From a virus (Duplodnaviria > Caudoviricetes): a DNA stretch of 53,324 bases. The notes under the pieces were generated by a model, which was given only the letters and a program-made list of their open reading frames with translations, made no database searches and was not told the DNA's origin. The translations under genes were made by a program, and so were the position numbers. Shown in pieces: positions 39,019 to 46,915 of this stretch. The stretch covers positions 1 through 53,324 of the IMG/VR virus record IMGVR_UViG_3300047562_004041. One strand, 5' to 3'. Every line of letters starts with the position of its first letter. Position 1 is the first letter of the stretch.

Positions 39019-40011
39019 ATGTCACTATACTTCAGAGATATTCCAAATTTTGATTATGTGAGTCGCCTACCAGGCGCAAAAATATCAGATTACATCACAG
39101 TAAAAAATCTCTTCAAAAGAGGGAAAATTCGTGAAGATATATTTGGTGACTTGCAATATTTTACAAAATATAAAATTATTGGAGATGAAAGACCAGATAA
39201 TGTAGCATTTAAAATATATGGCGATGAGAGATTAGACTGGTTGATATTGCTATCTAATAACATCTTAAATATCCAAACAGAATGGCCATTACCACAAACT
39301 GCTTTTGATAAAATATTATTAGAAAGATATGGATCTTATGATAATCTTTATAACGGTATTCACCACTATGAAACAAAAGAATTAAAAACTTCTTCTGGTG
39401 ACATACTATTAAAAGAAGGTATCATAATCAATGATTCTTGGGGATCCAATGGTAACTTTATTTCTGGCATAGAAACTTCTTTTGGATTATTCTTTTATAT
39501 CGAAACCGACTCTACCGTAAAAACATACCTACGACAAGCAATTCTAGGATTAGAGGTAGGCGATGAAATAGAAGTTAAAAATTTTGATGATGGCAACTTC
39601 AATGGAAAATTTAAAGTAACTAAAGTTGTAAAAAATGGAAATAACTACACTGATTATATTGAATATAAACTTCCAACAAATGCAGAAATCCCAACTTTAA
39701 ATGGAACTGAAAAAATAAACTATATTTCAACCATAGAATCTGCAATTGGAAATATATATTACTATCAGTATTATGATTACAAAATAGAAGAAGTTGTCAA
39801 TGTTCCTATTGCAAACTTCATAACACCAATAACAAATTATGAATATGAAGCAAAAATTGAAGATGATAAAAGAAATATATTTGCACTCAAATCCAATTAC
39901 TTAAATGTAATATTGAACGACATTGAAATAAATTACCCCTACAAAGAAGGTGGACAACAATATGTAAACGAAACCCTGAAAAAAGGAGAGAATATAAGAT
40001 TAATGAATTAA
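39019..40011 (+). CDS. gp53: Baseplate wedge gp53
   Basis: YF..IPNFDY; VKNLFKR; ERPD.VA..IYGD..LDW..LL.N; WP; HHYET; TNYEYE. Confidence 0.92.
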   Translation: MSLYFRDIPNFDYVSRLPGAKISDYITVKNLFKRGKIREDIFGDLQYFTKYKIIGDERPDNVAFKIYGDERLDWLILLSNNILNIQTEWPLPQTAFDKILLERYGSYDNLYNGIHHYETKELKTSSGDILLKEGIIINDSWGSNGNFISGIETSFGLFFYIETDSTVKTYLRQAILGLEVGDEIEVKNFDDGNFNGKFKVTKVVKNGNNYTDYIEYKLPTNAEIPTLNGTEKINYISTIESAIGNIYYYQYYDYKIEEVVNVPIANFITPITNYEYEAKIEDDKRNIFALKSNYLNVILNDIEINYPYKEGGQQYVNETLKKGENIRLMN

Positions 40012-40035
40012 AAAAAGGAGCCTTTCGGCTCCTTT
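40011..40035. terminator. Intrinsic, probably bidirectional terminator between gp53 and gp32
   Basis: aaaggagcc-tttc-ggctccttt hairpin with A-tract. Confidence 0.85.
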
Positions 40036-40039
40036 AATA

Positions 40040-40969
40040 TTATTCAGCTAGTTTGCTAAAGTATGCTAGAGCATCATCTTCGTCTTCTTCGGTTTCAACT
40101 GAAACAGAAGAAGATTTTGTTTTGGCATAAGAAGCTTCAAGTTCTTTCATGATATCATCTTCATTTGAAGATTTGGATGAGGAAAATACTTCAAGATCTT
40201 CTTCTTGTTCACGAATAGATTTAGAAGCAGAACTAGTACCAAGAACATAGCTTAGACGCTTTTGTAGTTCTTCTGCTGGTTTAAACTTATCACGAGAAAT
40301 CAATTCTTGTAGAGAATATTCTGACTTCCATAGTTTTTCAAGTTCTTCATCATCTCCATTCATTAGAGGCGATGGCGATTCAAATACACTATCGTCATAA
40401 TTTGGATAACCAGCAACTTGCTTCACTCGAAGTCGGAAGTTAGCGCCATTCCAGAAATCAAAAGGATCAATCACTGGATCATCTTCAAATTCTGGCTTCA
40501 TAGATGATTTGATTTTATCAAATACTTTTGCGCCAAACCTAAAGATTTTTACCTGACCTTCAAGTGAGGGATCAGCAGGATTACTTACAATGTAAACATT
40601 GGCATAATAACTTAGCTTACGCTTTCGTGTGCGAGCGACTTCTTTATCAGAGTCTAGTCCAGTATTCCAAAGTTCACCATTTGACGCGCATACACAACAT
40701 TCTTCGCCAAGTGTTGTTGGGCAATTTTCAATAAACCAACGACCGTTGAATTGAAAACCATGATTATAGAGTTTAATAAAAGGTAGATCCTCATTAGGAG
40801 GTGCAGGTAGGAACCGAATTACTGCTCGTCCATTTCCTGCTTTATCAGTTTCTAGTTTAAAAACATTTTGGTTTTCTCCAGTGCTGGAGCCCATTTTTTC
40901 TGCTTCTTTTAGTAGCTTTTCAGTTAGACTACCAAGAGAAGATTGCTTCTTAAGATCTTTAAAATTCAT
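40040..40969 (-). CDS. gp32: Single-stranded DNA-binding protein gp32
   Basis: DKAGNG.AVIRFLPA; WFIENCPTTLG; KRKLSYY.N; GANF.L; acidic tail ..YFSKLAE. Confidence 0.95.
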   Translation of the reverse strand: MNFKDLKKQSSLGSLTEKLLKEAEKMGSSTGENQNVFKLETDKAGNGRAVIRFLPAPPNEDLPFIKLYNHGFQFNGRWFIENCPTTLGEECCVCASNGELWNTGLDSDKEVARTRKRKLSYYANVYIVSNPADPSLEGQVKIFRFGAKVFDKIKSSMKPEFEDDPVIDPFDFWNGANFRLRVKQVAGYPNYDDSVFESPSPLMNGDDEELEKLWKSEYSLQELISRDKFKPAEELQKRLSYVLGTSSASKSIREQEEDLEVFSSSKSSNEDDIMKELEASYAKTKSSSVSVETEEDEDDALAYFSKLAE

Positions 40970-41029
40970 TTTACGGTGGATACGGTATGTACTGTTTGGC
41001 GACTTTCTTGGGTTCCAAAGCCCATTGCA

Positions 41030-41058
41030 ATCATAGCACAGAATCAGGATTCGTGCAA
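41030..41058 (-). promoter_or_regulatory. Sigma70-type promoter for gp32 (TTGCAC-17-TATGAT, extended -10 TG)
   Basis: Spacer counted as 17 nt. Confidence 0.6.
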
Positions 41059-41376
41059 GTCCATTTTGACCGTCTCAATAACTTTTTCGAGTTGAGAAAA
41101 AACATTGTTTACATTTTTATCTACATCCACTCCCATCATTTTCACGGATTCATTTAACCTTTCTTTCATCTCAATAGCACTTGGGTCATCAGAAAGACTC
41201 AATCTAGCGTATAATACTTTTTGTTTTTCTAATAAATCTTCTAAAACTTTTATGTAATCAACTTTTTGTTGTCTTGTCATTGAATAATATGATAAAACAT
41301 TCGAAGATAATTGCTCTTGTAAAAGTTTTATTTCATTCAATTCATTTTTTACTATTTCGGATCCAAAAAAACTCAC
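41044..41376 (-). CDS. Conserved cyanophage hypothetical protein (110 aa)
   Basis: MSFF.SEIV..E...LLEKQ..LY.RLSLSDDP.A. Confidence 0.8.
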   Translation of the reverse strand: MSFFGSEIVKNELNEIKLLQEQLSSNVLSYYSMTRQQKVDYIKVLEDLLEKQKVLYARLSLSDDPSAIEMKERLNESVKMMGVDVDKNVNNVFSQLEKVIETVKMDLHES

Positions 41377-41969
41377 AGCAATACCTTCCTTACAATGTCT
41401 TTGTATTTATTCAAATCTATCTTTAAAAAAGGAGAATATTTTTTTATTTTTTTAGAAGTCAGTTCCCAAACTGGATCCAACAATTTTAAATCAAATTTTT
41501 CTCTATATTTGAGCATTTGATCTAATATTACCATACTTTCTAGCATTATATTTCCAGCCAAATATTCTTTCAATATTTTTGGATGCTTATTGCCTTCAAT
41601 TTTTAAAAAATCTAAAAAATTCTTTCCCTCAAATACTTTTTTCAAATCTTGCTCAAAAAGATAACTCAATGACTGTGTTTTCTTTTGCCATTCTAAGTAG
41701 TTATCATTTCCATTTTTGATGATATCGCCAATCCACAAAGAAGATGGGTCAGATGAAGAAACAAAATTCGAAACAAAAAACTCTACAATTTCCTCGTCTT
41801 TGTTTTTTCTCGATAACTTTTCGAAAAAAATACGATCTTTTCTTTTGTGGAAAGATTCAATAGATGCTTTTATTTTACCATTATATCTAATGAAATCATA
41901 GCTTTCATTTGTAAAATGTTGTTTTAATGCAAGATAAGTCTTGTAAGTATCATGTGGCGTCACTTTCAT
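41373..41969 (-). CDS. gp59: Helicase loader gp59
   Basis: Y..YLALK.HFT...YD...YNGK; F.KRKDR.FFEKLSR; start MKVTP. Confidence 0.9.
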   Translation of the reverse strand: MKVTPHDTYKTYLALKQHFTNESYDFIRYNGKIKASIESFHKRKDRIFFEKLSRKNKDEEIVEFFVSNFVSSSDPSSLWIGDIIKNGNDNYLEWQKKTQSLSYLFEQDLKKVFEGKNFLDFLKIEGNKHPKILKEYLAGNIMLESMVILDQMLKYREKFDLKLLDPVWELTSKKIKKYSPFLKIDLNKYKDIVRKVLL

Positions 41970-42549
41970 CTTTAGAATAATAGTTTTCAATTGAATAAGA
42001 TTCATCTTCAGTGAAAAAAGCAGATATTGTATATCGTATTCCTTTTTCTACTTTCTTCACACCATGATTAAACTTTAAATTTCCAGGGTGTACAACCAAC
42101 ATTCCTGGTCTGGGTTGAACTTGAATATTTAAATTAGAATAATATAGTTGGCCCCCTTCAAAATTGTCGTTTAAATATAAAACTCCACCATATGTTCTAT
42201 GTGGAGATCTGTTGGGGGTTATGCCATCTTGTTCTATATTGTCTGCATGTGGAGGTAATTCATTTCCTTCTTTCCACCTAACAAACTGAGGAGGTTCTAT
42301 AAAAATTGTTTCACAAGGAGAATTCATGCGAATAAACCTCAACATACCCTGAGAAATCTGATATAATATATTTTTTATTTTTTTATCCTTAATAGCATTA
42401 AAGTATATACATTTCCCACTCCAATATTCAACATCAGAGTTGTGTTGATCATGTAAATTGTCGTTTGTTTTTGCCCAATTTAATATATAATCAATTGCTT
42501 CTTGAGTTAAAAAATTTTCAGCAACTAAAGGAAAAATCTCATCAGTCAT
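41950..42549 (-). CDS. 2OG-Fe(II) oxygenase (prolyl-4-hydroxylase-like)
   Basis: HAD...LYLND.FEGG...HGV..V..G.RY. Confidence 0.92.
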   Translation of the reverse strand: MTDEIFPLVAENFLTQEAIDYILNWAKTNDNLHDQHNSDVEYWSGKCIYFNAIKDKKIKNILYQISQGMLRFIRMNSPCETIFIEPPQFVRWKEGNELPPHADNIEQDGITPNRSPHRTYGGVLYLNDNFEGGQLYYSNLNIQVQPRPGMLVVHPGNLKFNHGVKKVEKGIRYTISAFFTEDESYSIENYYSKDESDAT

Positions 42550-42809
42550 AAAGGTAATTTAGCTCTAGATGTCTTTTTCAAAAAGTTTAATTGAACTGCG
42601 TCCCACTTTAGTTTTTCCTTTAATGGCTTTGAAATCAGCTTGGGAACAGTCTCTATGTCAATGTTATTCTTATCGCAATACTCAACGATAGCATTAATAT
42701 AATTATACTCTGGATTCTTTTGGACCAAAGTTTCAATTTCTTGTGCAAATTTATCTTGACATAGAAATTTCTTTTGCATTTCTTGTTTTAATTCTTCAGA
42801 CGGATTCAT
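42546..42809 (-). CDS. gp33: Late transcription coactivator gp33
   Basis: F..EIE...YI.AIV.YC....ID.E...KLISKPLKEKL..DA..LNFL. Confidence 0.9.
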   Translation of the reverse strand: MNPSEELKQEMQKKFLCQDKFAQEIETLVQKNPEYNYINAIVEYCDKNNIDIETVPKLISKPLKEKLKWDAVQLNFLKKTSRAKLPL

Positions 42810-43521
42810 ATTCTTTTAACTTATCTTGGGTGAATTTTTTTACATATTTTACAAGAAGTTTGATGTATTTTTCAATATCAGTTTCAATATATGTCACTAC
42901 TTCTCCATTTTCACATGCCATAATAATTACAAGTTGCTCTGCTGATTTTCCTGTCAATTCCTTTAACATGAAACAATATGCCGCAGCCTGAACAAAATAA
43001 TTTTCAATCCATTCTTTTGGTTTTGGCTTCTCAGAAGATTTATAATCAATAATACTCAGTTTTCCATCATATTCAGCAATTGTATCGACAGTTCCTGCAA
43101 TTTTAAAGTAATTGCTATACATTGAACTTTCAATTGCAATAATATTGTCTATTTTATCTAATTCAGATTTTGCAACATCAAAAAGAAATTTGGGAAGAGG
43201 AGTAGATTTTGGCAACTCATCATTTAACAAGTAGTTTTCGATGAGAGAATGCATTGCAGTTCCACGATTAGTAGAAGCTTTTGTAATTCGATTTGCCTCT
43301 TCTTCCCCTACTCTTTTTCTCCAGCTAGCAAATTTTTCTTTATTATAATGTGAAGTGACTGAAGTTACTGAAACAAATCTTTTTAATTCTGTTTCACCTT
43401 CAGTCTCAATTTTATAAAACCTAACTCCATTGATAGTTTCTCTTTCAAGTTTTGGCAGATTAATATCAATGTGTGTGAATGTTTTTTTGCTTTTTGTTTG
43501 CCAAGGACTGCTCATTTCCAT
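42796..43521 (-). CDS. PD-(D/E)XK exonuclease
   Basis: SVTSV; RGTAMH; AGTVD.I; IIDYKSS; Q.AAY. Start moved from 43536 because the promoter -10 lies at 43539-43544. Confidence 0.88.
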   Translation of the reverse strand: MEMSSPWQTKSKKTFTHIDINLPKLERETINGVRFYKIETEGETELKRFVSVTSVTSHYNKEKFASWRKRVGEEEANRITKASTNRGTAMHSLIENYLLNDELPKSTPLPKFLFDVAKSELDKIDNIIAIESSMYSNYFKIAGTVDTIAEYDGKLSIIDYKSSEKPKPKEWIENYFVQAAAYCFMLKELTGKSAEQLVIIMACENGEVVTYIETDIEKYIKLLVKYVKKFTQDKLKEYESV

Positions 43522-43538
43522 TCCAAAAACTTTCATCC

Positions 43539-43567
43539 ATTATAGCAGAAACTCGACCTGATGTCAA
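43539..43567 (-). promoter_or_regulatory. Perfect sigma70 promoter TTGACA-17-TATAAT
   Basis: Exact consensus with extended -10 TG. Confidence 0.85.
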
Positions 43568-44325
43568 AATCCCAAAGAATGTTTTGCGATCAAATATTCT
43601 TTGACTAGACCAGATCTTACAACATCTTCCACATTAAATTCTATAGTCTCGAATGATGGCATAACATTCAAGATTTTCATGAAATCATGAATTCCATTTT
43701 TTTCGTTTTGTCTAACTAGATCACTTTGTGATGCATCACCACTAAACATTATTTTACAGTTTTCGCCAACTCTTGTAATAATAGAATCATGTTCATGTCC
43801 ATTCATGTTCTGAAACTCATCTACAATAATAATACAGTTATCAAATGTAGTTCCTCTTAAGAAACTCGAAGACCAAAATTTAATTGTTTCTTGGGATTTC
43901 AAATTACCATAAAGCATTTCAAAATCTTCATCTGATGGAAGTTGGAACATATATTTCACCATATTTTTATATGGAATCTCAAATAATGCGCTCTTATCTT
44001 CGTGTCCACCAGGCAAAAATCCGATCTCACGAGTTTGAACTAGTGATCGAATGATATAAATTTTTTCATATGGAGTTTTTTCATTTAAAACTTCCTGTAA
44101 AGCTTTATATAAAAGAACAAATGTTTTTCCAGTTCCAGCAGCACCATAAGCTAAAATATGTTTCCCATCATCATAATAATCAAATAATTTTTTCTGATTA
44201 TCTGTGAGTGGTTCTATATCAAGTAACAACTCAGAATTAATTGGTTTCCTTCTTTTCATCTGCTTTGTTGTCATACCAACGCCAATTGGTTGATATTCAT
44301 CAGATGTCTTTCTTCTTCTTGCCAT
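43564..44325 (-). CDS. phoH: PhoH-family ATPase
   Basis: GAAGTGKT; IGFLPG; FLRGTTF; DEFQN; TRVG; GD..QSD. Confidence 0.95.
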   Translation of the reverse strand: MARRRKTSDEYQPIGVGMTTKQMKRRKPINSELLLDIEPLTDNQKKLFDYYDDGKHILAYGAAGTGKTFVLLYKALQEVLNEKTPYEKIYIIRSLVQTREIGFLPGGHEDKSALFEIPYKNMVKYMFQLPSDEDFEMLYGNLKSQETIKFWSSSFLRGTTFDNCIIIVDEFQNMNGHEHDSIITRVGENCKIMFSGDASQSDLVRQNEKNGIHDFMKILNVMPSFETIEFNVEDVVRSGLVKEYLIAKHSLGF

Positions 44326-44326
44326 A

Positions 44327-44578
44327 TCAATATTGCATTTTTGATTTACTTCCACCCGATTTGTCAGCTTTTTTCAAAACTTCTCCCCAACCAGGATGCT
44401 TGTTTACTAAACGATTTTTCCAATCTCCAACTTCTCCAGAACCTGGACAGGTTGATGGATCAGACCAATCTCTTTCCCAATCTGAATTATCTAATTTCCA
44501 TTTATCCCAATCATGAATACTCAGAGTAATTTCTTTTTGTTCACCAGTTTTTTTATTAATTATTGGATATGTAGGCAA
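44327..44578 (-). CDS. Conserved hypothetical protein upstream of phoH (MPTYPIINKKTGE...)
   Basis: GGAG SD then TTG start. Confidence 0.75.
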   Translation of the reverse strand: MPTYPIINKKTGEQKEITLSIHDWDKWKLDNSDWERDWSDPSTCPGSGEVGDWKNRLVNKHPGWGEVLKKADKSGGSKSKMQY

Positions 44579-44608
44579 AATCAAAACTCCTTATAATATC
44601 TTTTATAT

Positions 44609-44767
44609 TTATTCTATACAAATAGAAGGTGCATCATCGCATTCAATACAGTCAATACATTCATCAATATCAGGATATTTCCTTAATAATTCTTGAAACT
44701 CTTCCTCCGTAAGAAGGACTTTAAATACATGACCCGTTAAATGATCTTTGACACACCAACTTTTCAT
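44609..44767 (-). CDS. 52-aa Cys-containing protein (MKSWCVKDHLTG...ECIDCIECDDAPSICIE)
   Basis: Hand-translated; fills the gap after thyX. Confidence 0.7.
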   Translation of the reverse strand: MKSWCVKDHLTGHVFKVLLTEEEFQELLRKYPDIDECIDCIECDDAPSICIE

Positions 44768-44773
44768 TGTTCT

Positions 44774-45526
44774 TTATGGAGATAGTCTTGCTCTATGTAG
44801 ACGCTTTTCTTCATAATATTTCCAAACATTTGGTGCCCACTTTTGTAGGTGGGGAACAAACTGTTCGCAAAGTGCCTGGATTTCCAATTGGGCATCCATC
44901 TTTGCTCGAAGATCCATAATATGAAGAACGGATCGTAGGTTAAAAGAAACTACAAAGTTTTGACGAATTGCTTGTGCTAAGTAATCTCTAATGTGTTCTT
45001 CGCACATTCCTTTTTCATATTTTAAAGCATAACGCTTACAACCTTCGAGAATAAAATTCAATTCATCTTGATAATCATCTTCGGTCCAATCATATTTTTT
45101 ACCATAACGATTGGTATAAAACCCAGGAGGACGAACATAAAAAACATCTTCTGGTTTTAGTTCACCACTTGCTACTTTAATGACTCTTTTTCCAGTATAG
45201 CGTTGTGATTGAACATCGAAGCTAACTCCAACTCTATGAGTTCTTGCTTGCATTGCAACATTGTGGACATACCCAGAAACAGAAAATGTAATTGAAGGGT
45301 GTTCCAGGGGTCCCCAGTGTCCCTTCTCGTTACTTAAAAGACGCTCTACCACCCAAACACCACATTCAGATGGACTAGGAATTTTTTGATTGTGAATCGG
45401 AGTTTCGGAGTAGTCGCATTTTCCCGCTTGATAAATGACTTGCTCTGGAAGTGAGTAGCATTGAAGCATTACTACTTCAAGATTTTTATCAAGTTCTAAC
45501 AGGTCTTTTGCTTTAATTGGTTTCAT
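44774..45526 (-). CDS. thyX: Flavin-dependent thymidylate synthase
   Basis: GHWGPLEH; RTHR..SFDVQSQRY; NLRS..H..DLR....AQLEI. Confidence 0.95.
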   Translation of the reverse strand: MKPIKAKDLLELDKNLEVVMLQCYSLPEQVIYQAGKCDYSETPIHNQKIPSPSECGVWVVERLLSNEKGHWGPLEHPSITFSVSGYVHNVAMQARTHRVGVSFDVQSQRYTGKRVIKVASGELKPEDVFYVRPPGFYTNRYGKKYDWTEDDYQDELNFILEGCKRYALKYEKGMCEEHIRDYLAQAIRQNFVVSFNLRSVLHIMDLRAKMDAQLEIQALCEQFVPHLQKWAPNVWKYYEEKRLHRARLSP

Positions 45527-45714
45527 TCGTTTGTATTCTCCCAGGTATCTTTTTCTTTTTTACGAAGTTTTTTCAACTCTTTGATCATATCTTTAATTTC
45601 TTGATATGCTGTCTCTGGGCTGATTTTATCACTAATTTCAAGTCCAACAACATATTGAACTTTATCACCGAAGCGAGCAAGTGCTCGCTCGAAAGCAGTC
45701 AATTCTTCATACAT
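45523..45714 (-). CDS. Hypothetical protein (63 aa)
   Basis: Overlap-coupled ORF. Confidence 0.75.
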   Translation of the reverse strand: MYEELTAFERALARFGDKVQYVVGLEISDKISPETAYQEIKDMIKELKKLRKKEKDTWENTNE

Positions 45715-45890
45715 TATGGTTCCTCATAATAATCTGGTTCGTAGTCATTCGATATATCAGAGGGTCGTTTGGATAAAAGATCCTCAAATTTAATTATATT
45801 ACTTTCCTCGGTCTCTTCCATTTCCAATTTAAGGGACTCAAGTAAAAGTTCCATGTTTTTAATGATTAGATTTATTTTTTTCTTATTCAT
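45714..45890 (-). CDS. Hypothetical protein (MNKKKINLIIKNMELL...)
   Basis: ATG downstream of promoter at 45915-45943. Confidence 0.7.
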   Translation of the reverse strand: MNKKKINLIIKNMELLLESLKLEMEETEESNIIKFEDLLSKRPSDISNDYEPDYYEEP

Positions 45891-45914
45891 GATAAACGAA
45901 TCATGTCCATTCAC

Positions 45915-45943
45915 ATTCTACACAAAAAAAGGGGGGTTGTCAA
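45915..45943 (-). promoter_or_regulatory. Sigma70 promoter TTGACA-17-TAGAAT embedded in a terminator
   Basis: -35 sits in the hairpin loop. Confidence 0.75.
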
Positions 45944-45950
45944 TCCCCCC
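45924..45950 (-). terminator. Intrinsic terminator GGGGGG-ATTGACAA-CCCCCC-T7
   Basis: 6-bp GC stem plus U tract. Confidence 0.85.
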
Positions 45951-45977
45951 ACATGATTAATTATTTTTTTAAATTGT

Positions 45978-46079
45978 TTATGCTATTTGTGGCTGTTTTG
46001 CCATATTCAATTGTGCAATTAAAAGTAGTTTTTCTTTTTTTGCTTTTTTCTTTAAATAACTAACAAAATAGCTATTCAT
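45978..46079 (-). CDS. 33-aa basic peptide MNSYFVSYLKKKAKKEKLLLIAQLNMAKQPQIA
   Basis: AAGGAGG SD upstream; starts just after the DUF4278 stop. Confidence 0.55.
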   Translation of the reverse strand: MNSYFVSYLKKKAKKEKLLLIAQLNMAKQPQIA

Positions 46080-46080
46080 C

Positions 46081-46215
46081 TCATCTACCCTCCTTAACAA
46101 ATTTAATTCCGCGATAAACTTCATTATATTGTTGTGGTTGCTGTTGATTTTGTTGATGAGCTTGACGACGAACTTCGGTGTCATATTCAACACCTCTATA
46201 TACGACTTTAGACAT
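46081..46215 (-). CDS. DUF4278-family peptide (44 aa) MSKVVYRGVEYD...EVYRGIKFVKEGR
   Basis: Two YRG motifs; AAAGGAG SD; hand-translated. Confidence 0.85.
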   Translation of the reverse strand: MSKVVYRGVEYDTEVRRQAHQQNQQQPQQYNEVYRGIKFVKEGR

Positions 46216-46244
46216 TAGGTTTGCTCCTTTACTATTAGTAAATT

Positions 46245-46293
46245 TGCGTTGCTTCTCCTAATGGATACTTCCGCTGGTTGTCCAGTCAACGAT
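46245..46293 (-). ncRNA. Glutamine riboswitch (glnA RNA motif, class I)
   Basis: ATCGTTG-A-CTGG-ACAA-CCAG-CGGAAGTA-TCC-ATTA-GGA-GAAG-CAACGCA: P1 CGTTG/CAACG, P2, E-loop AGTA/GAA, P3. Confidence 0.85.
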
Positions 46294-46299
46294 AGAAGT

Positions 46300-46328
46300 A
46301 TTATACTTCCTAAATTTATATATGTCAA
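46300..46328 (-). promoter_or_regulatory. Perfect sigma70 promoter TTGACA-17-TATAAT; predicted +1 at riboswitch 5' end
   Basis: Exact consensus. Confidence 0.88.
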
Positions 46329-46332
46329 TAGT

Positions 46333-46346
46333 GTAGCAATTTATAC
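46333..46346. promoter_or_regulatory. NtcA-like box GTA-N8-TAC (GTAGCAATTTATAC)
   Basis: Consensus match immediately upstream of the -35. Confidence 0.55.
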
Positions 46347-46377
46347 TATTTTGTATAGTGTTTATACAAAATAGTAT
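46343..46377. repeat. Perfect 15-bp inverted repeat, 5-nt loop
   Basis: atactattttgtata-gtgtt-tatacaaaatagtat. Confidence 0.9.
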
Positions 46378-46394
46378 TAAGATTTGTAACTGAT

Positions 46395-46721
46395 TTATCG
46401 TTGGATAAATTCCAACTTAAATCTTTGTGGTTTCAACTGCTCAATAATCACATCACATCCAATTTTAGGGTCGCAATTTCCGCAGGTAAATATATCAACT
46501 GCAACATCGCCATTCTCTGGCCAAGTATGAACTGATATATGACTTTCAGACAGCAAACATAAAACAGTAACCCCATGTGGATCAAATTTTTTAAATATGG
46601 TTTGACAAACAGTTGCACCACTGATTGATGCAGCATTTTCTAACAAATCTACAAGAAAGTCTACATCATTTAAATGTGAATATTTACAACCATAAAGATT
46701 TAAAAGATAATGCTTCCCCAT
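46395..46721 (-). CDS. speD: S-adenosylmethionine decarboxylase proenzyme family
   Basis: F.PHGVT...LSESHISVHTWPE...DIFTCG. Confidence 0.92.
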   Translation of the reverse strand: MGKHYLLNLYGCKYSHLNDVDFLVDLLENAASISGATVCQTIFKKFDPHGVTVLCLLSESHISVHTWPENGDVAVDIFTCGNCDPKIGCDVIIEQLKPQRFKLEFIQR

Positions 46722-46915
46722 TAGTCCACTGGATTATCTTCATATTCTTTTAGTAGTTCTGATACCAATTCTTCGGTACCGTCCATGGTTTTAATTTTAT
46801 ATATTGATGATTTCATATATTTTTTAATTTTTTTATATTTTTTGATTAAATTTTCTACTTCATCTTTATAGATTACTACATTAGTATTATCTTTGCTACT
46901 GAATCCCAAACTCAT
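46721..46915 (-). CDS. Hypothetical protein (64 aa)
   Basis: Overlap-coupled ORF. Confidence 0.7.
   Translation of the reverse strand: MSLGFSSKDNTNVVIYKDEVENLIKKYKKIKKYMKSSIYKIKTMDGTEELVSELLKEYEDNPVD

Noticed and set aside
45978-46193. Track 71-aa ORF
   Set aside because: Its 5' part is off-frame over the DUF4278 gene; only the 33-aa end has an SD-supported start
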